A stretch of DNA of 64,000 nt from Plasmodiophora brassicae. Lineage: Eukaryota. A program made the position numbers and the translations under genes. The notes beneath the pieces are model-generated. The model was not told the origin of the DNA and made no database searches. It saw only the letters and a program-made list of their open reading frames with translations. The stretch covers positions 124,001 through 188,000 of the forward strand of contig CP145410.1 in assembly GCA_036867785.1 (NCBI GenBank), written 5' to 3'. Positions 24,580-36,900 of the stretch are shown piece by piece (position 1 is the first letter of the stretch; every line of letters starts with the position of its first letter).

Positions 24580-26303
24580 TTATTGACTGGATATGGATCG
24601 TTTGACCCGGTGGCATTGTTGCCGGTAGAACGCCTGGAGGCCGACTTCAGCGACGAACAGGGCGGTGACGATCGCGTAGACGGTGATGGCAGCGGCCTGG
24701 TCGAACGTGCACTGCCTGGTGGCCGGGTCCAGCCCCATCACCAGGTAGTTACTGCAGTCGGGGTCCTGGCACGCGTTCAACGGCGCCCAGTACGTCTGCT
24801 GCCCGATGCAGGGCGCTGGCGCCTTGCAATTGTCATTCGCCCCCGTCCCGTTGATGCCCGGCTGGTTGGCCAGGCCCACCCGCTGCGCCGACGACATGTC
24901 GAACGAGGCGAACAGGGCCGTCATGGCCAGCGCGCCGAACGAGATCGGGCGCAGCTGGACCGCCGTCGACGAGAACGCGTCAATGTCCCGAAACATGCAG
25001 ATCCTGTCGTCCTGCTTGTCAGCGCCCCTTGTTCTGCCGCACGGCTCATGCGACCAGGCTACCTTCGTCTGCCCCCGCTTGCCGGCAGAAGCAGGTTCTG
25101 AATCGGCAGGTAGATGGGGTCCCCGCCGTTCGTCACCGTGAACGACAACGACGGCAGGTTCACGACGGTCTCGTTGACGTAACAGGTCTGGTACATCATG
25201 CTGCCGTACTGGCCGTTGACGTGCACCGGCGCATCGCACGACGACGGGATCCACGCCATCATCATGTCGAAGAACTCACCGGGCAGCGACAGACACGACG
25301 CGCCCGTGTCGACGATCGCTGTCGAACGCATGTGAGCACGGGTGGTGCGGCATGGGGTGGCGCGCGTGTGTCCCCCACCGTCCCAGTGCTGCGTGTAATT
25401 GGCGAACATGGACACGCCGCAGACGGACAGCGAGTGGATCGTGAAATGGTGGAAGAACGGCCTGCTGTATGGGATCCGGTCGCTCCATTGCACGGGGGGC
25501 GCACGAGCACCTGCGACCACGTGGTGAGGCGCTCTGGACAAGACTGTGCGCGACCAGGGGCCGGTACCGGGCACGTCGCCGATGAGAAGCTGAGGCGCAG
25601 GCCCCCCGAGGTCGATGGAGACGAGCGGCCGATAGGACATGCCGGTGAATCCGGCCAGGCGCTCGAACGGCGTGCAGGACGCGTTGGCGCGCCCGGGGCA
25701 GGACAAGGTCGCGATGGATTCGTAGGCGAGCCCCAGCAGGCCCTGCGCGCGATGCAGCGCCTGCAGAGGCGCGCCGGGAATCGGATCGCTGATGACGAGC
25801 CGGTTGATCAGGGAGAAGGTCACGCGCACGGGATGCCCGCCGGGTATCATTGATGCGACGTCGCTGGCGACTGTCGACCCACTGCTGGACACGGTTTCGC
25901 CGTCGACCAGCAATGCCAGGCCGCCATCGAGCCCAGGTAGGGCGGCTGTCACGCGATGCAATCAGACGACGCGTTCGGCCCGCATGCTGCCCGTACTGAT
26001 CGACGACGACGCTGCCGGGTTGAAGCACGGCGTCGACGGGCCACAGAGCGTCGCCTCCTCGAAGACACTCTGCCAGGAACGGTTTCAGAGGCACAGCGCT
26101 CGAGGCGGCGGTCGCGTTTCGCATCGTACGAATTCGGAGCTGCCCGTGTCGACGATGACGTTCAGGGTCTGGTTCGGCGTGCCAAGTTCCAGGGCCATGA
26201 GGAAGTGCAGGCCGTCTTCGGAGCGCGTCAACGGGATCGTCACCAGCGCGGTCGACACCGCCTGCGTGAACGCGACCCAGAGGACCGTGCCGCTCCAATG
26301 CAT
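24580..26303 (-). CDS. Membrane-anchored pepsin-family (A1) aspartic protease; multi-exon
   Basis: Signal peptide; LELGTPNQTLNVIVDTGSSEF; GLLGLAY; second catalytic motif AIVDTGASCLSLP; Cys-rich linker and C-terminal TM (ITVYAIVTALFVAEVGL). Confidence 0.92.
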
Positions 26304-26732
26304 GTCCGAGGTCTACGCGGCGCCGGCAGCAATTCCAGACTCTTGGCACGCCGACACTTGCATTGTGACCGGCTGGCAGTGGCACCCGACTACCTACCTA
26401 CAGCACCGATTATGCGAAACGACGACGCTGCTGCTGCCGCATTCAGCCGGTAGCGCTGACTGTCCTGTTCCGTCCACGATCAACCAGGTTGTATCGCCGC
26501 GCGACGCCCGGAACTAGGTCACGTGTTCAGGCAGCGGTTGTATTGGCGGCGGGACGTCCTTGGGCCGGTACAAACGCAAAGCCAACCCCACGAGACGTCG
26601 TGCACGAGACATGGCGCACTGGTCGGCGACGCGGGCAGGTGTCGCCTGTCGTTCCCCGCAGGGCATGAAGGCACGGCGCGTCCGCGACTGCGCCGTCGTC
26701 GGCAGCTGCGACGTGCGACGGACTGCGGGTCG

Positions 26733-28762
26733 ATGTCGTTCCGGGCGCGGAAGGCGCGCGCGTCCGTGTCGCGTCAGGCGCTGGCCGACAACGGCGACGA
26801 CGACGGTGATGGCGACGCCGTTGTTGTTCGGCGTCGTGCGCGCATCGCCAAGGTGGGTGTGCGCGCGCCGGGATTCACAGGGTGTGGGCGCCCCGCCTGA
26901 CATTCGCGTGCAGGTGCCGAGACCACGTGCGGCGATCCCCGAGCAATCCATGTCGGCTGCGTACGCGGCGGAAACTGCCGGATTGTATGCGACGATCGAC
27001 GAGATGAGGGCGCAGCAGGCACCGCCGCCGCCGCCGCCCGCAATGGACGCGGGCTCGTTAAGGGGCGCCATCCCGAGCCAACAGGCGATCGCCGCCGCGA
27101 AGTCCCAACGACAACAGGCACGGGCCAAACCGGCTTCGTATATACCGCTGGAGAAATCGGGGCGGATCGACGTTGCCGGCGGCGTGTATGGCGTCGCTCC
27201 TGAGGACGGCCGCGGTCGGCTCGCTGTTGACGAAGATGACGACGATATGGCCGATGTCGTGATGGACGATCGAGGCGGCAAGGTTCCGCTGTCGGCGTCG
27301 ACGCGGACGCGGACGGAGGAGATGGAGCTGGAGGATGATTTTGACCTTGAGCAACTGAGGATTGGGCGAAGCGCCGGGAAACTGGTCGACACGACGGTCG
27401 ATAGCGACGATCTCGCACCGGCTTCCAAACAGCCCTTGCCGGTAAGGCATTGCTATCACGACAGCCTGGATCTGGACCTGACTCTCGCAATTCGTTCCAA
27501 GGTGTGGTCGGAACCTGAGATTCACACTGCGATTGCGTCGAAGCTTGCTGTGCTTCGATCGGAACAGCAGGCCAACGGTGCCGAATTATCTCATCTCGCC
27601 AATGCGATCGTCACGTCCCAGAGGGATCGCGAGCAACTCGACGATCAACGCCAGGCGGCCGAACAGAAGGTACAGTCGTCCATCGCGTACTGGCCTCCGT
27701 GCTGACCGGCGACCACAGTACCGACATATGCAGGGCATGGCGTCTGAGCTCGGCGCTCTGCTTGACTGTGTCGCGTCCAAGCAGAAACACATTGACGAGT
27801 TGTACTCCGAGTTTCAGGAGATTCGCTTGGACCGCGCTGCCCACATGTCGGATGTCACGCTGACGCACTGGAGAGACCTGGATGACGGTGTGGCGATCAC
27901 CTCACGTCCGCCGGTATCCGATGACGTCGACGAGTTCGGACGGCCTCGCTCGTCGAAAGACGCTGTCCTTGCTGAGCGACGGCAACGCTCTCGAGCGCGA
28001 CGCAGCGAACTCGCTTCCAAGCACGACCTGTATTGCGAAGGGTGGACGTCGTATGGCGATACCGACGTCGAAGTCGAATGTGTCCAGGCCCTCGATGACC
28101 TCAGGGCGTCTGCGCGCACCGTGTTCGAAGACGTTGTCGACAAGTTTGCATCCATCGACGGTGCCCTGAACGTGTTCTCCAGGTTCCGCGCTGAGTTCCC
28201 ATCTGAATACGCGAACGTTTACGCGGATCTCAGTCTGCCCACGCTGCTGGCTCCTTACCTTCGCCTGGCGCTGATCGGTGCTGAACCTCGAGCGCCATCC
28301 GGGATGTCTTCTGTCATTGAGATCGCCCGGAAGATTCGCGCGTACAACGCCGATGTTGAAGTGGCTCTGGCCAAATCGGTCGTTGCGCCCTTTGTCGGGC
28401 AGTGCCTTGAGCACGACTTCCTACCGTTTTCCTTGAAAGATGCACAACGGTGTCGCGACTTTGCGGCTGATGTCGCGTCGTGCTGGCCCACGATGGACCT
28501 GGCGATGTCATTGCGTAGCACCCTCCTGAACGCGTCCACCAGTCTGTCAAGAGCAAACAAATCCAGCCAACGTGCTTGGGGCCGCGCCCTAAAACTTCTC
28601 GCGTTCATGATCGAAGTACGGCCGGTCCTCGGCAAGCAGTCCGAATTCCTTATCACGGCGCATGTCAACCAGCATCTAAAGCCCGTTGTTGAAGGCGGCC
28701 AACCTGACAACCCCTCTGTCGAACGAAGAAGACGGCAGCTTCAGCAGCTTCTGGATAAATAA
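26733..28762 (+). CDS. GCFC2/PAXBP1-like (GC-rich sequence DNA-binding factor) spliceosome-associated protein; multi-exon
   Basis: GAIPSQQAIAAAKSQRQQAR..YIPL; DDVDEFGR; VFEDVVDKFASIDGALNVFSRFRAEFPSEYANVYADLSLPTLLAPYLRLALI (GCFC domain). Confidence 0.85.
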
Positions 28763-29238
28763 CTTGTCGTATTCATATTATTCCTCCACCGTTTAGAAGG
28801 GCTCCAGCCATCGGTACGAACTTCGCTGGCTTTCCGCCGCTTAACCGTGCGCGGCGTTGTTAAAATGCATCTCGGGCTCCCGTATCGGCGTGCGGGTGGA
28901 CATCAACGGGCTCCTCCTGGGTATACCGTATACGGCAAAAACTGGCATTCACCGGAGCGACATCATTCTGGCCGCACGCATTTCCACTTAGGGGAGCTGC
29001 AGACGGACAGAGGACGGCTCCGGCATAAGTCAATCGGTCTGGTTGTGGGAGGTTGGCGGCGTTGTGGGAGGCGCGGGCGCGGCTGATGGTGAAAGGAAAG
29101 GCGGCAACAAGGACGAGGCGGGGTGCGGGCGGGGGTTCCGACGGATCGCGACGGTTCGGTGACGATCTGACGAACTCGATCGCGGCGGCCCGTCGAACAA
29201 GTGGGGGAGACAGCCTGAATATATTGCGACTGTGAGCC

Positions 29239-29781
29239 ATGGCGTCTGACGAGTGTTTAGGACCGCGGCAGGCGAAGACTCTGACCAAACTGCTGGCTGA
29301 GAAAGCAGGGAGCTCGGAGGACAGAGGTACATCGCTGATCGCATTGCCCTGATGGCAACAGCAATTTCTCACGCGCGTCGCCAGGCAATGATACGGACGG
29401 TTACGATTCCGACAAGACTCCAAATCGAGCCGTGGCCAATGCGAAAACTTCGACCAAGAAGGGGAAACGTAAGACGAATGCTATTCCATACGTAGCGATA
29501 TGGCAGACCCCACGACCCATGCAGGTACACATCGACGGCAGTCACGCTTGCCGCTTGTGAAAGAGAAGTCCAGCGAATCCGGCGACGATAAGAGCAGCAA
29601 CGAAGGCGATATCCGGCCGGAATTGCCATACAAGCGGATCCGAACGTATTCCAAACTGCCTGACAAGCAGTGGGCGTTCGTTCAGCGCCCGCAGGAGACC
29701 TTTCCGTACGGCCCACTCAACATCGACGATTGGCTTCAGAAGGAACGCCAGCAGACCCGGGGCAAACTTGTCCCCAGCTGA
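29239..29781 (+). CDS. Hypothetical protein, probably multi-exon
   Basis: ATG at 29239 followed by GT donors and short coding-like segments ending ..FPYGPLNIDDWLQKERQQTRGKLVPS*. No recognisable domain. Confidence 0.35.
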
Positions 29782-29979
29782 CGCTCCGACGGTATCACCC
29801 GGCAACGAATATAACCTATGCCCCGTTCGCGAGTGGCATGGTGCGCGTTTGCAATGTTTACCAATATGCGGGATGATGACGATCTGTCAGAACTGATGTG
29901 GTTTTGCAGATACCTTAAACGACGCGCGGGCATTCGGCGAGCGGATAACGAAGTAGACTGCACCATCCATGGAGCATAG

Positions 29980-30497
29980 TCAGACACGTGTCCAGAGGCG
30001 AGGCTCTCCCATATATATACCTCCAACAAGAGAAAAGAAGAACGTCCAGAAGACGTGCATATGAATGGAGAGCAGGTGGCGGTTTCGCATGACGACCATC
30101 GAACACACGCATGCGGTCAGGCCGGTCAGCAGGCTTTGCCGCTTGGTCAGGATCGGCTCGGCCAGCAGCTGCATGCAGAGGGCCATGCCCGCCAGCCTGC
30201 GGAACCGGTATCAGAACAGACCCGCATGGCTCTAGAGCGTGTTTCACCCGTAGAGACGCCCAAAGAAAACGACAGTCGAATGAACGCTCTCGTCCGAGTT
30301 CAGGAATAGGACCCTGGCGACCGACAATGGAGCCACGAACAGGTAGATGCAGTTCAGCAGCAAGAACCACCCGTAGGCCTGCCACAGAACACGTCAACTG
30401 TGTGCTGTATACAACATCGATGGTTCGCTGTCGATACCTTTGTGAAGAGCGGGTTCGGCCCGCCGTACCGAACCAGCTTGTCGCGGTTCGTCGTCAT
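29980..30497 (-). CDS. Small multi-pass membrane protein (~4 TM); 3 exons
   Basis: Spliced reading: MTTNRDKLVRYGGPNPLFTK/AYGWFLLLNCIYLFVAPLSVARVLF..FFGRLYG/LAGMALCMQLL..FWTFFFSLVGGIY. Confidence 0.6.
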
Positions 30498-31170
30498 TCG
30501 CGTCGGCAGCGCCTGGCGCGCCGCCTGGCCGGCGCCGACGGATGCCACCATCAGGACAGGTTGATGATGCCGGAGCGCGCCCGGTATCGGCCAAGCACAG
30601 CGTCCGTAACAAGGCCGCGCTCTGCCCCAAAAAGTTCGCGATCAACCGACGGCGGCCCGCCTCACTGGTGAATCAGCACGCGCCCGAACGTGCGCGCTGC
30701 CTTCGTGGAACTGCCCGCAACCGCGGCAGGCCTGCAAACGCCTAGGGTGTCGGCGAGAGCGCGCCTAGCCTGGGCCTGGATTCTGGAATCGCCGATGGGA
30801 CGTACGGCGGCCGAACGGCTCCCCAGCGTGCGCAGAGCCGCACGTCACACAGCCGTGCGAGGTCCCTGCTGAGTGTGCACGATGCAGATTATAGTTCTAC
30901 CGCCCGTGCAGGCTGCGCATAAACGGAAGCGACCTGTGCGTCGTCCAACTTCTTCTCCGACTGCCACTGTAAATCCATCGACATTTTCCACCCAGTCGCC
31001 TCGATGTAGAACGAACGTTGGTGTTAGATCGACGAGGAGTCTGTTACTAACGTGAGACAGCATGGCATGTTTAGCGCCCCCCGGCCGTGGTCCAGGTTTG
31101 CGACGTCGCCCCGTTTCGCCGTCGCGGCGTTGCGCAAACGCCGCGCAGTCGGATTCAGGGCGGGACCAGC

Positions 31171-32529
31171 ATGCCAGGGTCGCGCGACAGCAGTGTCAGC
31201 AGCAGTGCGGCATCGTCCGAGGAGGCGGCCCCTCGCGAGGTACGTGTGTGTTGCACCCCCGTCGCCGTCCGCCGGTGCTCTGACCCGGCCCGTAGGTCGA
31301 TGAGACGCTGAACAACCAGGACGTGGTCACCAAGTACCGCGCCTGTGGCGACATTGCCAACCGCGTCCTCGGCAAGCTGGTGTCGCTGGTCAAGCCGGGC
31401 ACGAAGATCGTCCAGCTGTGCCAGGTCGGCGATGCGCTGATCGCCAAGGAGCTCCAGCCGATCTACAACAAGAAGCCCAAGGTCGACAAGGGCGTCGCGT
31501 TCCCGACCTGCGTTTCCGTCAACAACGTTGTCGGGCACTTCTCGCCGCTCACTGGCGACGCCACCGAGATTGCGGTCGGTGACGTCGTCAAGATCGACCT
31601 GGGCGTTCAGATCGACGGGTACTGCGCCGTTGTCGCCCACACGGTCGTCTGCAACCCAGAAGGTGGGGTTATCACTGGCCCCGTCGCCGATGTCATCGTT
31701 GCCGCCTACACGGCCGCCGAGCTGGTCGCGCGCATGCTCGTTCCTGGCAACAAGAACAGCCAGTGCACGGAGATCATCGAGAAGGTCGCCAAGGACTTCC
31801 ACGTCAACCCGATCCAGGCTGTCACGAGCCACAACCTCTCCCGGAACGTCATTGCTGGCAAGAAGGTTCGCTGTGTCGTACATTGTCTCCGTTGCGGATT
31901 CGGATGCTGAGCTGGCCTTGCAGGAGATCCTGTCGCGATCGAACACGGGCCACAAAGTCGAGCCGATGACTGTCGAGCCGCTGGATGTCTGGGCGATCGA
32001 TATCCAGATGAGCACCGGAGACGGCAAGCCGAAAGAGGTTCGCATGATGACGCCACCTGCTGTGCTCAGGCTGAGACGTTCCGTTTGATAGCTGGACAAA
32101 GCCACGACTGTCTTCAGGCGTATGCCCGATGTGAGCTACCGGCTCAAGATGCAGGCGTCGCGTTTCGTCGCGAGCGAAATCAAGTCCAAGTTCGGGGCGT
32201 TCCCGTTCACGCTGCGCAGCATCGAGGACAAGCGCGCCAAGCTCGGCATCGCCGAGTGCAAGACGCACGGCCTGGTGGAAGCGTTCCCCGTCCTGGAAGA
32301 GAAAGCCGACGCCAAGGTCGCCCACTTCAAGTTCACCGCCATGATCATGCCGTCCGGGGTGATCAAGGTCACCGGCCTGCCCATCGACCTGGCCGCCGTC
32401 AAATCGGAACACGCGCTGTCCGACGAATCGCTGAAGACCCTCCTGGAGCAGCCACTGCGAAAGAAGAAGGCCAAGAAATCGTCGACGCCGTCCGCCGCCG
32501 GCGCTGCCCCCATGGAGGCGGACGCGTAA
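31171..32529 (+). CDS. PA2G4: Proliferation-associated 2G4 / EBP1 (MetAP2-like fold); multi-exon
   Basis: VVTKYRACGDIAN..KGVAFPTCVSVNNVVGHFSPL..VKIDLGVQIDGY; YRLKMQASR..FPFTLR; Lys-rich tail. Confidence 0.95.
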
Positions 32530-32756
32530 TCCGACGATGATCATCGTTCCGCAAATACATTCCGCAAATGTGTCATGTGACGCGTGTGCTGCGTCGCGCG
32601 GGCCGCACTCGGCACTGTCGTCGGCGCCGCGATCATTTTATTTCCGCGCGGACCCAACTTCGCGGCAGTTCGGCACCGCAGTGCGTCTACAAACTTCGCG
32701 GCAGCCAGCACTGCCGTCGCGTCACGGTCACGGGCAGAGGCCATTTTGCAATTGGG

Positions 32757-33886
32757 ATGGTGCGGGCATGTCAGGTGGCGTTACGCCTGCGCGGTCGGCC
32801 CGTCGTCAGCGACGTCCTGGTGCGGGATGGCGACCCGCGCCGGTCGGCGCATACGATCGTCATGTTCCCGGGTGAGTCGCCAGATCGCTGCGATCATATT
32901 GCCGCGCTCGTGTCGACGCTATTGGTGTGCTGCAGGCAACCCATCCGTCCTGCCGTATTACATGAGGTTCATGCAGCTGATCGTGAACGGCATCCCCGAT
33001 TACGTGCCAATGCACACAGGTGAGCGGGCCTGTCAAAGGACGCTCCATCGGCGTTGACGGGTCTGGCTCAGTGGGTCATGCGGGGTTCAGCAATGTCGAC
33101 CATAATCGCGGCGAGCTGTTCGATCTGGACGACCAGATCGATTTGAAGATTGCGTATTTGGATGCCCTCCTGGAGAAGTCGCCGGCATCGCGTTTCATCC
33201 TGATGGGGCATTCCGTCGGCTCGTACATGGTTCAGCAACGCGTACGATGCAATGTCACATTGCTCAGTATCACGACCATGTAGGCCATGGAGGTGCTGTC
33301 TCGAAGACCCGATTTGCCTGTCGATGGCAACGTGTTCTTGTTTCCGGCGTTATCGCAGCTGGAAGTGGCATGGCCGATCCGCATACTGCAGGTTCCTGTC
33401 GCGCGCGAAGGAATCGGCTTCCTCGTGAACGTGTTGCCCAAAACGGTTAAGTCCCTGGTTATCGGTATGATCCCATCGGTTCGCGACGAAGCCATCATGC
33501 TCGGTGAGCACTTGAACGCGCATACAGGTCGGGTTTCGTGCTCGCGTTGAACGCTCCGCCTCTGATTGCTCGTGACAGTACGAAACGGACTGGCGCTTAC
33601 TCGTGACGAGCTTGCCAAGATCCGCCAGCTGCCCGAATCTAGGTTGGCGACCCTGAAGCGCCATGCGTCCAAATCGTTGTACATCTTTACGCCGTTCGAT
33701 GAATACGTGCCCATGCATCTGGTGGACGACCTGCGAGCAGCGGTCCCCGACGCTAAGCACCATGTCTTCTCGCACAGCGATGGCGTTCGCCACGCTTTTG
33801 TCCTCAGCGACAGCGACGTTGTCGCTCAGCACGCGTTGATGCATTTGTCCGAGTTCTTCCCTGAGCGCGCCCCCGCCGATGCATAA
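32757..33886 (+). CDS. LDAH: Lipid droplet-associated hydrolase (LDAH-family alpha/beta hydrolase); multi-exon
   Basis: IVMFPG/NPS..YY; GHAGF; FDLDDQI; nucleophile motif MGHSVGSY; LFPAL; DEYVP; HAFVL. Confidence 0.85.
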
Positions 33887-33989
33887 ATGCTTCTTGACCC
33901 ATGTCGGTCCAGGCCAGATCTTTCTATGACAGGTCTAATTCCGTGGATTGGGGTAGGTACTCGATCGTACCCTTGACGCGGCGCAGACG

Positions 33990-36900
33990 ATGGTGCTCGC
34001 TGCTGACGATGGTGTCAGCCCGATCCCGCCGATGGCCGCATGCCCGAACATGGTGCCGGTCACGATTGCTGCCATCGTGTTCGGATGGTGGCTGGCGCCG
34101 ATCGCTGCGATCCTGGGCGTCCTCGAGATGACCACGAAAGGGTGGTTCGTGTCGCGCTACCAAGCCGCCGTGTGGATCAGCCAGGTCAAGGTCTGGCAGC
34201 TGGAACGGTACCCGCGCTCCTCCTTCATCTGGGCCATCACCCGCCTGCTCGACACGTACCACGCCGTCCAGTTCCCGTTCCGCACGCTGGACCCAGGCAA
34301 CCTGGGCGCCAGGAACACCCCGCGCACGCCAGGCGACTACATGGTCCTGTTCGACGGCGTCTTCGCCCTCTCGAACCACGATGCCGCCGCGCTGATCATG
34401 TCGGAGCGGCAGGCGCGTTGGGCGAATCTCGTTACGTTGCCGATCGCCGTCCCGCAAGTCCTCGATCCTCGAACGTTGATCTTCCTGTCGAGCCCGTCCG
34501 CGTCGCACGACCGCCAGCTGGCCGCCATCGCCTCGCTGCTGTCGTCACGCGTTCCTCGGGTCGCCCTGCTGGGCGACCGGTTCCGACGCTGGTCCAGCCA
34601 GCGACACGCCACCTGGGACCTGCTCGTCACGCGATTGACCGTCGACGTCCTGTTCAAAGCGGTTCTGGACATAGACCTGACGAACCACGAGCTGGATATG
34701 TGCAACGTATACAAGATGATGATCGGGCTGATTGGCCTGCCGGGGTCCCTGTATCGCGCCGTCTTCGACCTGCCGACGTACCCGATCATGTACGCGAGGG
34801 ACCTGCTGGCCACGGCGATAGAGACGCGGGCACCCAAGTCGATCTTGAGGGACCTGGCGGCCAGCGGTGCGTACCTGCCCAACGAACGCATCGCTCTGCA
34901 CGTCGTCGACATGGTCCTGTTCGCCGGTACCATCGGGACGGGCGCCGCGCTGGGCGCATGCCTGAAACGCCTGAACGAGAACGGCGACCGTGTCGGCATG
35001 TACCTGGCGAACCCGTTGCACTTCATCTACGAGAGCTTGCGCCTCGATCCGCCTGTCGGTGCGATCCACACGATCACGACCGAGGCGGCCACGCGAGTGC
35101 AGGTCAACGGCAGGCCAGTGTGCCTACCCGCAGGCACACAGCTGTGCGCCTCCATCGAGGACGCGAATCGCGACCCGAAGGTCTGGGGGTCGAACGCCAA
35201 CACCTTCGACATGCAGCGCGACTATAGCCGCCTCCTGACGTGGGACGGCCTGCAAGGCAATGGACCGAGAACCTGCCCTGGACAGTCGCTCTCCATTGCG
35301 ATCTGCACACAGGCGCTCAACGCCTACGTCCGTCGCGACAAGGCGATCACGTACAAGATTACGATCGCCAACGAGGACGTCCTGGCAGTGCCCTTGCTGA
35401 GCAAGTCGGTGTACGTGATCCTGGAGGGCGACGCGGGCACGTCGGACAAGATCCACGTGCCGGCGGCGTCGACGGCGACGTACAGGTCCACGGTCGACCT
35501 GGGCCGGGTGCTTCGCGTTCAGATCGGGTTCGCCGGCTGGGGCATGCTATCGCCGAGATGGTTCGTGAAGTCGGTGGACGTTCGTCGGCAGGACCCGGGG
35601 TCCACGTGGCGGTTCCCGGTGAACCAATGGCTCGGTGCCAGCTCGCCTGTGCTGTCCGCCCTCGAGGGCACGCCATCGCTGTTGACAGCGTCGAGGATTG
35701 AGAACAGGTTCCGGGACGAGGAGATGGCCGCTCGTCGACAGGCGTACCGTTTCGCCGACAAGCAGGCTCTGGTGGGGGAATGGGGTACGGCTCTGCCGGC
35801 GTCAGTTGCAACGACAGCGCTCGGGCGGGTCCCTTCGATTCCCTTGCAGGAGCGCCCGCCTTTGAACATGCTGTACTCGTCCGTGAAGGACCTGTTGCAT
35901 GACGTCGCGCGGCGTGCCCGCATGCTGGTCGACAAGATGACCACCCTGGACGACTATCGCCAGGAATGTCTCCGCGGCAGCGACGTCTTCCGAGATCAGG
36001 GCATTCTCCCCGCGTACCCGCTTCAGAACTGGCGAACAGATGAAGAGTTCGGCAGACAGCGCCTCGAAGGTTTGAACCCGATGACTATTCGCGTGGTGTC
36101 AAGTTTGCCAGAGTAGGTGACAGCAGGTCGCGCTTCTCCCGTGCTCTGACCTGCGCGAACAGATCATTCGGCGTTACGTCGGCGATGGTGGAACCGTTCT
36201 TACCTCCAAACCGGACGCTTGACCAGGAGCTGGACGCCAGGCACCTGTTCATGCTGGATCACGACTGCATCGAGGGGATGGACGGCGTGCACTTCGCCGG
36301 CGTCCGCTACCTGGGCCAGCGGCCGCGTCGGTTCCTGTCGGTGCCATACTGCCTGCTGCATGCCGACATGGCCAACGGGTACAAGCTGAGGCCAATCGCC
36401 ATCCAGCTGTCCCGTCAGCCGGGGTCCTTGGTGTACACGCCAGCGGATGGACCATTCGACTGGCTCATGGCGAAGCTCGTCGTCAACAACGCCGACTTTG
36501 TCGTTCACCAGTTCAAGTACCACGTACGTGTGTTTGGCAATGCTGGTCGAGCACCGTGCTCTAAATCTGCTATCAGGCGTTGACTTGTCATCTCGCACCC
36601 GAGGCGATTGTCTGCTCGCTGCAGAGGAACCTACCCAGTGTGCACCCGGTCTACAAGCTTCTGCGCCCGCATCTGAACGGGTTGGCGTTCATCAACAACC
36701 TCGCCCGGGGCTTGCTCTTTATCACCGACGACAAGTACCGGACGCCGCTGACAGTCATGGGTGACATCACGACAGTGGGAGCGACTGGCAATTCCAAGGT
36801 CGCCATCAGCGCGTACCGCTCGTATTCGTACGCGGAGACCGACTTCAAACGGGCCATGGGGAGCGCTGGCTTCACGAAGCCGTCCGGCGTCACCGAATTC

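Noticed and set aside
34040-35227. Long alternative-frame and antisense ORFs (also 25276-26385, 26514-27428, 31155-32105)
   Set aside because: These are shadow ORFs expected from high-GC codon bias over real genes, with no domain signal.
36113-36162. Stop at 36116 ending the P450 protein before the LOX core
   Set aside because: The stop is inside a 50-nt intron, and splicing joins in frame to the next LOX exon.
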